From contig BAAIJX010000066.1 of NCBI GenBank assembly GCA_054600435.1, positions 1 through 64,000 on the forward strand: a DNA stretch of 64,000 nt. Reading direction: 5' to 3'. The notes beneath the pieces are model-generated. The model saw only the letters and a program-made list of their open reading frames with translations, had not been told where the DNA came from and searched no databases. This stretch comes from Neophaeotheca triangularis (taxonomy: Eukaryota). Of the stretch, positions 24,871 to 37,200 are shown piece by piece (position 1 is the first letter of the stretch; each line of letters opens with the position of its first letter). Both the position numbers and the translations under genes were made by a program.

Positions 24871-26560
24871 ATGGCTCAACAACACCACTCCCAATACCAC
24901 CAGCGACAAGGCTTACCCTCCATCAGCACCCTCACCAATGGACTCCCTCGCACATCACCACCGCAACACAATGAGCAGCTCCGCGACTCCGGTACATGGC
25001 CCCAACCGCAACAGCCTCAAAGTAAGCGTAAGTTATTCAGCGCTTGTTATTACTACTACATTGGAGGCCCGGGCTTGCAACACCGTGACTCCAAGCTGCA
25101 ATGCCACCCTGGAAGGCGGCCGCTGAAGCTGGGGCAAAGCTATCTCACTCTTGCCCCCTGATCTCGAGTCTCCAATGTTTCAATGACCAGGGCGAAATCT
25201 TTGTACGCCGTCTATAAACTAACATCTCTTGCTCAGACAATTCGACCAATAACTCCGGCCTGCAGGTGCACACTCTACTCAACCCCGATGACTCTCCTCC
25301 CCGCCAATCTCTCCCCACCACACCGCAATCTGCGCGCATGTCAACCTCGGCACAATCAGGCGGCTCTCAATTACCCTCGATAAACCAAGGCTTCCAGGAC
25401 GGCAACCGGGCAAGTGTTGAATACAGCAATTTCGACTCAAGGCGCAGCAGTGTAGACAGCCGCATGCACACCGGCTTTGGAAATCTCCACCTTACCAATC
25501 CAAAGTCCCCGTACGAAAGCACCAACAACTCGCAAGTATCGCTGGCAGCGAGCTTGAGGAGACCGAATGGAGCACCCATGTCACCGCTTAGCGCACGCTC
25601 GAGTATTCGGGGCCAGCACGCACCCCGAGTTGCCCCTCCCATCATGCCAGTATCAAGAGGTCCAGGCGCACCTGATCCAACAGCTGCGAATCCGACTCAA
25701 GGTTTCGCCTGGGCTTTCCCCGACAACATACCAGAGGAGCGCCGCACTTCCAACAGCGACGATTCTAGCATCAGCCATGGTGTCTCAAGACAGAACAGTT
25801 ACGCAGCCTCGTCTATCCGCAGCAGCATATTCTCGACTGACTCACAGCTTCCACCTGGCCAAAGACGCTTTGATGAAAACGATCCGACAACCCATCATCA
25901 CTCGATGCAGCATCGCACCGTACAAAGTCTGCAAAATGACAGCTTGGCAGCTCAGGCGGTTGGAAACTACAGCAGGACACCGGAGTTGCGCGTAAGCCAC
26001 AAGCTGGCAGAACGCAAGCGTCGGAGCGAGATGAAGGACTTGTTCGAGGATCTCAACAAGGCCGTACCAGCCAGTAGTGGCGCAAAGGCCAGCAAATGGG
26101 AGATTCTGACAAAAGGTACGTTGCCCGACTGTGTCTGATAGCGCATGCACTTACTGATCTGGCATTAGCCATCGACTACATCCGTGCGTGCCAAATGCAG
26201 GAACGTCAGCTCCACAACGATGTACAACGCCTTCAGCGGGAGTCGGACGTCGCTCGGGAAGCCCACAGGGAGAACGATATGCTCAAGACCGAAATACAAG
26301 TCATGCACCAGCACCTTCGCCGTTTGGATCCTGCAGCACCACACGTGTACGGCCATTTCACACAGCAATTGAGCCAACAAGCCGGACAGACCCAGCCCCC
26401 GCAGCCGCAGCCGCAGCAGAATGGTACCTCAGCTGGTATTTCTCTACCACCTCTTGGTGCTGGCCCGCCAAATGGCGCAAGTGCTCCACAGCCAGCGTCG
26501 TACGGCGGCGTGCCGCCGCCCGCGGCCATGCAGGGGGTCGAATACGGTTATGGAAGATGA
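24871..26560 (+). CDS. bHLH transcription factor, Esc1-like (introns 25028..25236 and 26116..26168)
   Basis: YSRTPELRVSHKLAERKRRSEMKDLF...KASKWEILTK|AIDYI bHLH followed by a coiled coil; both introns have GT/CTRAY/AG signals and keep the frame. Confidence 0.88.
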
Positions 26561-27355
26561 GTACCTCGGAAGTACCGCTCTTAAGGCGAGAGATGTGCGA
26601 CAAACGACATGGTCAGATGACGGACCGCGATTTGACTCACTTGAAGCGTGCTGGAAACGCCGGATACTTTGACGACCCCGCCCCACAATGCCATGCTCAT
26701 CCGATGCACCACAGCTACCTCTGGCACCCGTCAATGAACCGCATGGCTCTGCCTCCCAGACTCTCATCATTACCGTTTTGAGGTGGAATATCTTCTGCCG
26801 GTCTACTTGGACTGGCTTTGCGAGGCGGGTGGCTTGCTCGAAAAGCTCTTAGACTACTTCCTCATAGGAACGGATTCGCGTCGGTGTGTTGCTTTAGCAA
26901 GACATCATGTTTGCTTGCATCCCCCTGCATTGCATGGATATCATATGGTATGGGAAATGTTCGGAATGTATATTTAAGGCAAGCTTCTATATTTGCTGTG
27001 TCTAATCAGTGGGGGCACCGCCCAGGGGCTACATAGCTCAATAGCTAGTTTAGATAATGATGGCCGAGCTCGAGGCGAGTCGGCATAACAAATGATACAA
27101 TATGACATATACCCTCCTTCTGCTCATATATTTTGCTTCTGTGCCGAAATGTCGGAGTTGTTCGCTTGGGAAGTTGCAAATGTGTCTGCGCGAAGCTTGT
27201 ATCTCGTTTGAAGTCGCGCGCCGAGTCTCAACTTCACGCCTTGCGCAAGGCATCCACACATTCAGCATTCAAGTTCCAAGGCATTGCTGGCGATGCCTAC
27301 CTAATATACTCCTACCCTGAACAATCAGCTATTCCTAATAAAAGACCCTTACAAG

Positions 27356-29609
27356 ATGTCTACCGCCGAATACCAGAGCCTCAAGGACCGGGAGGCCCGC
27401 AACAACACCTACTCAGATGCGGCTGAATCCGACCTAGGATCTACAGATGATGACGACCACGACACTGCCAACGATCCCAAGAGCTCGGCGGACCTCCGTA
27501 GACATGATCAAGAGACTTTGGCGACGGAGGAAGATGCAGAGAGGTTGTTAGCCGGTGATGAGAAGGGCTCCAGTGGAGTCTTCGGCGAACATGGCGCTTC
27601 GAAGCGACAGCGCAAGAGCTTCCGCCGGAAGAAGAGACGCGGTGGTGGCGGCAGCGGCGGCGGCGGCGGTGGTGGCGAAGAGAAAGAACTCATGTATGAC
27701 ATGGAGGCTGCAGGAGGGAGGTCGAGTGGTGAGAGTAGTGGGAATTCGAGCGAGGTTGACATGCGGCGGATGGGGGAGACGATGGCGCGGCAAAAGGTGC
27801 AGTTTACAAGGTTCGAAAACATGTTGTTCTACTGCAGTATTGACGACGAAATAGGGATCTATGGTCTACAAGGTTGCTCTCACCGTCGTATCCATTGCGA
27901 TTGCTATCCTTGCCTTTGTCAGCTTCCTGTATGGCTCTTACAAGGCTACAGAATCCCTTCGCTCTAATAAGCCACCGCTCGCTCGCGCAATATCAAACGG
28001 AACCTCGCTCTTCGCGCCTACGACGCTAATGATATCGCTCGATGGCTTCCGCGCTGATTTCTTGACACGGAACATCACCCCGACTCTGTCTGGATTCGTC
28101 GCGGAGGGCGTTTCGCCAAAGTACATGCTACCGTCTTTTCCCTCCTTGACCTTTCCGAATCACTTTACGCTAGTTACAGGCCTTTATCCCGAGTCCCACG
28201 GCGTGGTCGGAAACACCTTTTGGGACCCTGTTATGGGCAAGGAGTTCTGGTATACCGATCCAAGCCGGTCTATGCAGCCGGAGTGGTGGCTCGGTGAGCC
28301 TGTGTGGGAGACTGCGGAACTGGCTGGCATACGCTCTGCTATCCACATGTGGCCGGGAAGCGAGGCGCACATCGGTAGCGTTGAGCCGACTTACGTTGAT
28401 AAATTCAATGGCAAAGAAGCTCTAGGCAAGAAGGTTGACCGTATCCTCGAGCTCTTGGACCTGCCTGGCCCGCACGACGAGGATGTTAGCGACGATTCGC
28501 CACGGCCGCAATTCATCGCAGCTTACGTTCCCAACGTCGATGCTGAAGGCCACAAGTACGGGCCAAACAGCACCGAGGTCAATGGTACTATCAAGGATGT
28601 CGACAGCATGCTCGGCTCGATCTTCCGCGGCATCGACGAACGGAATCTCACCGATATCGTCAATATTGTTGTAGTCTCCGACCACGGCATGGCAACGACC
28701 TCCACCCATCGTCTAATCCAGCTCGAAGACCTTCTCGACACCTCTCTGATCGAGCACACCGACGGCTGGCCCCTCTACGGTCTCCGCCCTTACAACCAAA
28801 CCGACGCTCACCTACAAGACCTCTACAACCAACTCCTCGCCAAAACCAAACTCCCTGAATATGCTGGCAACCTGGACGTCTATCTCCGCGACACAAACAT
28901 GCCAGCCAAATACCACTTCTCGCAAAACCAGCGCATCGCGCCCCTCTGGCTCGTACCCCGCGCTGGCTGGGCTATCGTCCATAAAGCGGAGTTCGACGTC
29001 CAAGCCGCTCTGGCCAAAGACCCACCTACCCCTTACGTTCCGCGCGGCTTACACGGCTACGACCACGAGGACCCACTCATGCGCGCCATCTTCGTCGCCC
29101 GTGGTCCTGCCTTTCCTCACCCGGCGGGTAGTATCGTCGCGCCTTTCCAGAATATCGAAGTCTACAACGTCGTGTGCGACAGCTTGGGCATCGAGCCTAC
29201 AAAAGGCAACGGGACACTGCGTTTACCATTCCAGGTGGACGGCGTGCATGGCGATTTGACCGAGTCGCTGGAGAAAGTGCACGATCACCCTGCGTTGGAG
29301 TCTCAGTCGGCGAACCCTTTCATTGCGCCCGTGCCTGTGCCGTCCAATATGCCGCCTGTTGTTGGGAGTGCGAGTGGTGAGGCTTTTTCCAGGACGGCTT
29401 CGGCTGCCAAGAGTGAGGGTACGGTTGAGGGTGTTGTGGAGCAGCCTGCGCGGCCGGAAGTGCATGATGGGCTTGAGGATGATAAGGAGGATGATAAGAT
29501 GAGTGCTTGGTGGGATTGGGTTACGGGCAAGGTTGAGGATGCGAAGGGTTGGGTTTCTGGGCTTTTCAAGGGGGAGAAAGAGGGGAAGGGGGAAGAGAAG
29601 GGTGGTTGA
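27356..29609 (+). CDS. Type I phosphodiesterase/nucleotide pyrophosphatase (NPP1-like), type II membrane protein (intron 27797..27854)
   Basis: ISLDGFRADFL, PSFPSLTFPNHFTLVTGLYPESHG, VSDHGM, GLHGYD motifs; N-terminal TM helix. Confidence 0.92.
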
Positions 29610-29963
29610 ACTTGAAGGCTTCTCCCAGTTGTGCAATCGGTTCTTGGCAGAGCGACGGGCACAGGCATGGCGTTCGTTTTCAAGGTTGGGGATCAAGGAT
29701 GTGTTTGCAAGACGGTGGACATGGCGTTCAATGATACCCTGGGCATGCTCTTCACTGCCTACGTGCTGATAGATGGAAAGTCCGGTAGGTAGTTTGTGTT
29801 ATTACTTCACTGACGACGCATTTGGGCATGTGCATTCTCGTCTAGTGTTTTCCAGAGTTCCTGAATGCTGCCGCCGCTGCTGACGAGAAGGGGACACAAA
29901 GCTCGCTCACAGACCGCGCGAGACTTCTTTCCCTGCAACATCGACATCTCGAGCTACATCATG

Positions 29964-31382
29964 TCGCCTCCGAAGAGCACAAAGGCGGAAGCGTCGACCG
30001 GTGGCCGCGCGAATGCTCTCCGGCGTATACAGTTTGGCTCATTCCCCAGTGCAGTCGCCTCAGACAAGCTCGCAAAGCCTACGAAAGCAACCAACCTCAC
30101 TGAAAAGCCAGATCCTCCACCCGCCTCCACTGACACCGCCTCGTTTCCCTACCTACCACAGATCAAGCACGCACCGCGCAGACTGCCAAACCCAGACACC
30201 AAACTCATCGGCCCCCCGTCCGACCCTCAAGCAGAGCCCTCGCAGCCACTCAACGCCATGGAAACTCCCAACTCCCCGCCCACCTCCATCCCCACCCTCA
30301 GTCTCCCCACCCACCCCAAATCACTCACAAAACCCCAACCGGGCTTACAAGTCAACGGCGCAAACCTCGCGACTTTCAATAAAGCCCTGAACCTCCTCAG
30401 CGCCAACCACTATGACGACCCCACCGCCAAACTGCGAGTTCTGCAGAAAGTGAAGAAGTACTACCAAAAGCATTCGACTGCGCACCTTCCCGGGAGAGCG
30501 AAAACTGCTAAAGAGCTACCCGGGGTCGCGTACGATGTCTGCGAGTTGTTGCGGTTCATGGGGAGGGAGCGGATCGAGGAGGTTCTGGGGCTGTTGGTTG
30601 AGAAAGTTGGGGCCAAGGAGAAGAGGAAGGATGTTAAAAAAGCAGAAGGGAAGGAGAACGACTGGCCCTACGAGATTGCGAGGCAAGGAGACGCTTCCAA
30701 GCCTCCGGGCGAGAACATGCAACCCCGAGCCCGCGAAACGATACGGACCTGGCTGTTGCAAACCCACGACAACACGCCCGCCAGCCTCGACCCGAACTCC
30801 CCTTCCGACTCCTCAACTCTCGCAGACCTCTACCTCGCTTCCCAGGCCTTCCCGACTTTCGCCCAAATCTGGACGGCCAATCCCGGCGTCCACGAATTTC
30901 GCGATCTCACGCTCGCAGCTTACCGCCGGTTGCCCAAAGACGTCTACATCGCTGATGCGGTGCGCACGGCGGTTCAGTTCTTGGACGACGAGCTTCATCC
31001 CGATGAGAGGAAGTTGGAAGCCGTCGAGGAGACTTTTGATCGCTATAATCGCAAGGTCGGGAGGGTTTATCCGGGAGTCGAGGTTGATGGAGATATCAGG
31101 GACGCGGAGAGGGTCTTGAGGAGGACGTTGAAGGGGCTGCCGGCTTGGGTTCGGAATCGGGTTTTGGATGAGGTGGATAGGGCTTTTGGGGGTGGGGGCT
31201 TGGTGGTTGGAGAGGGGTACTTGGGTCCGCATGAGGAGGAAGCCCGGGGTGAGGGTCTCGGTGTGGAGGCAGTAGGGTGTGAGAGTGGCGACGAGGCGAA
31301 GGAGGTGAGTGATCGGGGTTCTTTGGGTGTGGAAGCGGATCTGGAGCTGAGGGCGCTGAGTGAGCAGGAGACGGTTGAGTAG
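29964..31382 (+). CDS. Hypothetical protein (orphan-like; start uncertain, 29865 or 29964)
   Basis: Long ORF (about 470-505 aa) with the C-rich 5'/G-rich 3' skew seen in neighbouring genes; no recognisable domain. Confidence 0.65.
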   Translation, partial: SPPKSTKAEASTGGRANALRRIQFGSFPSAVASDKLAKPTKATNLTEKPDPPPASTDTASFPYLPQIKHAPRRLPNPDTKLIGPPSDPQAEPSQPLNAMETPNSPPTSIPTLSLPTHPKSLTKPQPGLQVNGANLATFNKALNLLSANHYDDPTAKLRVLQKVKKYYQKHSTAHLPGRAKTAKELPGVAYDVCELLRFMGRERIEEVLGLLVEKVGAKEKRKDVKKAEGKENDWPYEIARQGDASKPPGENMQPRARETIRTWLLQTHDNTPASLDPNSPSDSSTLADLYLASQAFPTFAQIWTANPGVHEFRDLTLAAYRRLPKDVYIADAVRTAVQFLDDELHPDERKLEAVEETFDRYNRKVGRVYPGVEVDGDIRDAERVLRRTLKGLPAWVRNRVLDEVDRAFGGGGLVVGEGYLGPHEEEARGEGLGVEAVGCESGDEAKEVSDRGSLGVEADLELRALSEQETVE

Positions 31383-31838
31383 GTCTACGTGAGTTTACTG
31401 CAAATCACCGCTAGCCTAGAGCAGGATACATCGTTCTGGCTAAACCGGAGCATCCTCCTGGTGGCTGGCTTGAACCTATAACTTCAGCGGCATTTTGCAA
31501 ATCCCGTTCGAAACAAGTTCCAGAGAAATTACATGAACCCCCGTTGCTACTAGGCCTAAGGTGGCCCTTTTTCGAGTTGCGAGCTTCTCGTTTTCGATCA
31601 AGCAAGTGCTAGAGTGCTACCGCTTCCACCGAGCCCAACTATCCTCCTCCGGCTCAAGTAGCGCCACCAAGTTAATCGTACCCATATCATTGGGCATGGT
31701 TCCTTTTGGCGGATGAGCAGCGTGGCGATTAACATGTCCCGTCTCTCGAGGAGCCCCTGAGCCCAGTAAAGCTCAAGTGCGGGCGTGTCTTTTTGCTCAT
31801 AATTCGAACTACAAGTAGACGATCACGCTTCAATAGCC

Positions 31839-31873
31839 ACACATGACCACAGCTCAGTGGATTTAAGCCATCT
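31839..31873 (+). pseudogene. 5S rRNA 5' fragment (about nt 1-35), degenerate
   Basis: ACACATGACCACAGCTCAGTGGATTTAAGCCATCT is 29/35 identical to the 5S 5' half at 32725; the upstream flank also resembles 32600-32724. Confidence 0.7.
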
Positions 31874-32724
31874 AGACTAGACAAAGATGTGCCACATTTA
31901 CGAAGCGAGGGACTGCCACAACAATATACCCGCGAAGTGCTCTGCTTTGTAGCTTCAAAGATCTTCAGACCCGGCCTGGAAAAATGTGTTTAGAAAGTAG
32001 AACCCGAGGGGCATTCCTGCTGGCTCTCAGGTACCTCGTTTTCGCACCGCATGACCCCTTGCTAGAACCACCTTGTCGACCCATTGATGCTCAAGCTCGG
32101 GTCCGCGCCACGGAAACGCTCAGTGCAATCTTGCACTCCCTGTCTTATGTCGGCGATCCAAACGACGCCAAACTAGGATAGGCTCATTGCCCTTCCCACC
32201 ACGAGAAATCCTCAGGGCCCCGAACGGACGAAGTCAATCGCACTTAGGAAGAGAGGATCTCCCGCAATCAGTGTTGTAGCACCCCAGCGCAAGACACCGC
32301 AACTTCTGCAAGTAGATCCTCCGGCGGCCGCTTGTCGTCTCAAAGGTAGAGAACCAGACGGCCAGACTCGACGCAGTTGATAATACCGGTTTCCTCCCGG
32401 CCTCTACGACGAAGCTCGCCGTACGGCTGTAGTGCAGCCGGCTCTCCGAGCGAAGGGCCCTGGTAGCTGCCATAGAAGCCCCCAGGTGGCTTTTGACTGA
32501 AAGCTGCAATGCGCCGGGGACGCTTGATGGATAGCAGACTGCGGGACATGATCGTTGTGCGGTAGGATTAGAACCTGTTGATTTGGCTTACTTATGGCCG
32601 TACGAGGTGAGATGATTAACATGTCTGTCTCTCAATCAAGGAGCCCGAGTCCAAAGCTCAACCGTGATTCATGCTCTTTTGCTTAAAAACAGCCATCATA
32701 TTTGTAAAAGCCGCACAGATGAGC

Positions 32725-33001
32725 ACATACGACCACAGCTCAGTGAATCTAAGGCATCCACAATATTACTACGGCTCGCAGCGAAGCCGTGTGGCCGTAG
32801 TGATATTGCCACTTTAGCACGCTTACTAACTAAAGGTACTTCCGTACCTACCTACACCTTACCTAGGTACTACGCTACTACGCTACTACCTCGATACGGG
32901 ACAGCTACCCTACCTCCCTTTTGCTCTGCCATATTCAAGCACTGAAGCGGGTGACTAGTACTACGGTGGGTGACCACGTGGGAATCCCACCTGTTGTATG
33001 T
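32725..33001 (+). rRNA. 5S rRNA gene interrupted by a 158-bp insertion (32760..32917); probably a pseudogene
   Basis: 32725-32759 (ACATACGACCACAGCTCAGTG...GGCATCC) plus 32918-33001 (...GCTCTGCCATATTCAAGCACTGAAGC...GGTGGGTGACCACGTGGGAATCCCACCTGTTGTATGT) totals 119 nt. Helix I and II pairings are intact and T-runs follow (Pol III terminator). Confidence 0.85.
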
Positions 33002-33163
33002 TCCTTTTCTTTTTGCTCTTTTTTTGCCGATTTTGTTGAGCTGAGGGCGAAGGAAAACATCCACTTGGTTTCAGCTTGGGCCAGCGCGCGTTCAGGAACA
33101 TTTCGGCGCTTTTTCGGCACGGGTATGGTCACGTGAGACGACGTTAAGGTCCGAGGATGTGAT

Positions 33164-33683
33164 TAGGGATGTTGGAATGGTCAATGGTCATTAGTTATTG
33201 GTCATTAGTCAATGGTCAATGGTCTGACTATTGAGCGATTTAGCCGATGACTATTCAAGCTTAGACCCTTTCACGTGATCCTTAGGGTTAGAGTTTGAGT
33301 ATTGTTTCTGTTAGGGTTAGACTTTGTGTTGTGAACTTCAAAGGTTTTTACACTATACATATAACAAAAACCCTTCTACCTAATAACAATTATGCCCTAG
33401 TCATTCACGATAGGACTCCTAACAAGAACTGAAGTTCCCCGGCATATTTTAGACGTTTTTGTTAGGTTTAATAGGAGCAAGGGAGTTAGGCGGAGTTACC
33501 CGTTAGACATATGTCAGCTTTTGTCAACTTCACGATTTAACGTCAGCTTAAAAGGCGACAACTTGAGAACGACTAGTGACATCATTCTATAGTTAAAGCT
33601 CAATAGTTAAAGGTCAATGGTCAATAGTCAATGGTCAATGGTCTGACCATAAAATCGAAAGGTCATCGAAATCAACATCCCTA
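33164..33683. mobile_element. Non-autonomous hAT-superfamily DNA transposon (MITE), 520 bp
   Basis: Perfect 11-bp TIRs TAGGGATGTTG (33164-33174) and CAACATCCCTA (33673-33683); perfect 8-bp TSD GATGTGAT (33156-33163 and 33684-33691); subterminal TGGTCAA repeats; AT-rich non-coding interior. Confidence 0.92.
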
Positions 33684-34286
33684 GATGTGATTAGGGCTAT
33701 AATGGACTGTTTAACGTGAGTTCGTTGTTGAGACGAGTGTATTTGTAGGTTCTCTCTTCTTTTTTGCCGCCCATTGAGGTTGAGGCAAGTTTTCGTTGAC
33801 TGGGCGACGAGGTGATAGGAATCGGCGTCAGTGGCTTTGGTATTGCTGCATCGCCATCGGGGTTCGTTTCATTGTTGTAGTAGAATCGGTTGAGTAAGCT
33901 GCGATATGACGATACTGTTGCTTTTGAGGTGGGGGGAGTGCCGAAAGTGAAAACTTCAGCAAATTTTTTGTGGCAGAGGTCCTCGATTGGTAAAGATGCC
34001 GAACCAAGAGCCAGAGCAGCCAGAGGCATCGCAGTATCCAGACCAGCAGGATGTGATGATGTTTGCTTGGATGTGGTCTCGAAATGAAATGAGAATGGAA
34101 TAAGGAAACTAGGGCCATGCTACCTGCCTCGTGAAGCAAAAGGAAAAAGAGCTCCCCCCGCGATAAGCGACACTCAAACTGGAATTACACACTATCTACA
34201 CCCCCTTCGTCCCAACGCATATGTACAAACCCGTCCCTCATGCCACCACAGCAAAATACCTCTTTAACACCGCCACGCTATTGTGC

Positions 34287-37200
34287 TCAAAAGCCAAAAG
34301 GATTCTGCGGAGCTGAAGTAGAGAGAAAAGGCACTAGTCAGCCAAGGATCGCTCCTATAGCGTTCGAGGGGAAAGAGTATATACTTACTAGCCTTGGCCA
34401 AGTTCGCCCTCCCCGTAGGCTGAGAAACCAGCCTTTTCGCCTCGGGCTGCACGCCGAAACGTACGGGCGGCGCCGGGCCTGTTTTCTGCGGTTGCAGAGG
34501 AGCGGGAGCGCCACCGAAACCAGTGGGTTGCGAGGGGCCAAAGACGCCGCCGGTTTGCTGGGGCGGGAGTTGTGGTGCTGGTTGTCCGAAGTTGCCGTTT
34601 TGGATGCCGGTTTGTTGGTAGTTGAATTGGGGTTGTTGGGAGAAGCCGGTTTGTTGTGGGGAGAAGGAGTTTTGGAGACCGGACGGGGTGGGTTGAAAGG
34701 GTTGGCGAGGGGGGTCTGCGAAGGGAGAGCCGGTTTGCTGGCCGTTGGTGAGCTGTTGTTGGTAGTTTTGTTGTTGGCCGTAGCCGGCTTGTTGGGCGGA
34801 GGCTTGGCCAAAGTTGGATTGTGGGTGAAAGTTTAGGCCAGTGGGTTGGGGCTGCATTGCTGGGTAGTTCTGTTGCATTGCTTGCATGCCAGTCTGCTGT
34901 GGCATCATTCCGTTGGGTGGCTGTTGCTGGTAACCGCTGTAGTTTGGTTGTTGCGGATATCCGGTCTGTTGCTGTTGCATTTGCATTTGCTGAAATCGCT
35001 GCTGGTTTTGCAAGTCCTGCATGCTCTGTCCTGGAGGAGCCATTTGCGGTTGGTACCCTGTCAGTTGTGGCTGCATAGGGGGCGGGCCAAAGTTGTTTTG
35101 TTGTGGGAACCCAGGAGCAGAAGAGGCGCGAGGTGGTGGTGCAAGACCCATGTTGCCCGTCTGCTGTTGCATCTGGGGTGCTTGCGGTCGCTGTCTTCCC
35201 GTTTGGTTCGGACCAAGAGAAGCAATCTTGTCAAAGATATCCTGGTTGGCACCTTGAGGCTGCGAGGCTTGCTCCTGGGTTGACGTGGTAGGCTGCGGGT
35301 TTTGTTGAGGAACCTTGTCGGGCTGTAGAGCAGGGCTAGATAGCGACAAGCCAGCGATGTCAGGATTGACCTTGGGCTGGGGTGGTGCTGCCGGCGCGGG
35401 TGCCTCTGCTGGGGTTTGTGTCCTTGCAGGCTTGACATCCCAAGCATCGTCATCGAACCCGGAGCTAGCAGGCTGTCTGGCCGGCGCTGAAGTGAGGGGA
35501 GTCGCCTGTGCGCCCTCCTTGTCCTTCGTCGCTGAAGATGAGCCATTCGCCTGCTTGAAAGCATCTTCACTGACGACATCATTTGTCTGCACGGCTGGAG
35601 CAGGCCTGCCTTTCCGGGTGTTGTTGCGCAATGCACCGCCTGGTCCACTGAACAAACCCCCTCCCGGTGCCGCCTCAATCTTGTCATCGTCGCCTCCAGG
35701 AGGCGGGCTTGTCGTGGCACCACCGCTGGCCGAAGTCTTTCTGCCAAATTTGGCGTTCAAGTGCTTCATGATACGCAGGATATCACCTTCCTTTACGCCC
35801 AAAGTCCTTAGCAGCTGCTCGTTGACATCCGGCAGTACTTCAGGGCCCATTTGATCGCGCGAAAAGGCACCGGCGTATCTTTCGCAAATCTGAGGATTTA
35901 CACCGCACTGTAGGAAGAAGTCGAACCAATCGTAGCTGTTCTCGGGAACGTCTGCGCTTGCGCGAGGTGCGCCTCCTTGATCGCGTGTGTCATCCTTCTT
36001 CTTTTGCGTGCTCCTGCGCTTGATATCCGACAACGGCTTGTCCTCGTCTAGACTTTCACCAGTCGCATTTTCCACGTACTCGAGATCCTCGACGGCCATC
36101 TTGCTGACAGGGACAGCAATTTTGACGCCATTGAGCTTGTGAAGGTGTATCTTGCCCTCTCGCAACCCGATGAATTCTGCCTCAACCTTGAAGGTACCCG
36201 AGCGGTCCGTCCAAGTTCTGAGTTTGTTCTGGTTTGGCTTGCTCTTGGACTTCTCAGATTTGCTTCCATTCTTCGAAGATGAGCGATTCGAGTCGCCAGC
36301 CAGACTAGAATGGCGTTCGGGAATCGCAGAGTCGGAGTCGCGCTTCCTCGCGGCCTGCTTAGTCAGACGCTCCTCCTCCATCCGGTTCTGCTCGACTGTA
36401 CTTCGTGCGGTACTAAGGCCGGAAATGCCATCGGAGGGTCTTTGGAAGGTGTCAATGACATCCACGTAGGACGAAGGGACAACACCTTGTTTCCCATTCT
36501 TGAGCCGCTGCACCATCCACCACTCTTCGCTTTTGGTATCGTCTAGCACAAGAACTTCATCGTCTGCGGCAACCGTAACTTCGTCGAGGCCCTGTGCCAT
36601 GAACTCATAGAGCATCTTTCCTCTCTTCTGGCCCCCGCCGCTGGTGCCAGATGAGGCAGCAATGACTTCTCTGAGTCCCTCGGCTCTGCTGGCGCCCGCC
36701 AATTCGCCCAGTGCCGCGACAATCTCCTGGGCTGTGTCCTTCGCACCGGCGTGAAAATCGACGCTCTTGCTCGGCCTCACTAGCTCTACAAAGACGTGCT
36801 TTCCTTCAATGCTGTAGTGCTGAAGCTTGTCGGCCGTCCATTCGTTGCCTGGCCCATCCTTGCTCTTTTCCGGGCTAATCATGATTATGCCTTTCGCGAC
36901 GTTAATCCCTAACGTTGTAGGCATTTTCTTGTTCCTGCCCATGTGGGATACCATCTCGGAGACATTGTACAAGTGGAAGTGCCCAGGCGAGCGCAACGCT
37001 GCGTCATCTTCATCGGGATAAGGAGACCGAGACGAGGGCGAATACCTCCCCGCTTGTGGTTCTTGCAAACGAGGAGACGAGGCGTATTGGTTGGGAGGAG
37101 GCGACATGGGTTGGGATTTGGGTCGTGTAGGCATTGGTGGGGGTTCTGCGTCTTCTTCGCTCTCGTCGGGGGTATACTGTGGTCGCGAGGGCAGTGGTGG

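Noticed and set aside
32823..32835. TACTAAC..AAG branch-site-like motif inside the 5S insert, suggesting a spliceosomal intron
   Set aside because: The insert does not start with GT or end with AG, and the motif lies mid-insert
33282..33320. TTAGGGTTAG motifs as a telomere or telomerase template
   Set aside because: Only two short copies, located inside the MITE; not an array
33697..34029. 110-aa minus-strand ORF between the MITE and SLA1
   Set aside because: No recognisable motif; overlaps the likely SLA1 3' region; cannot be supported
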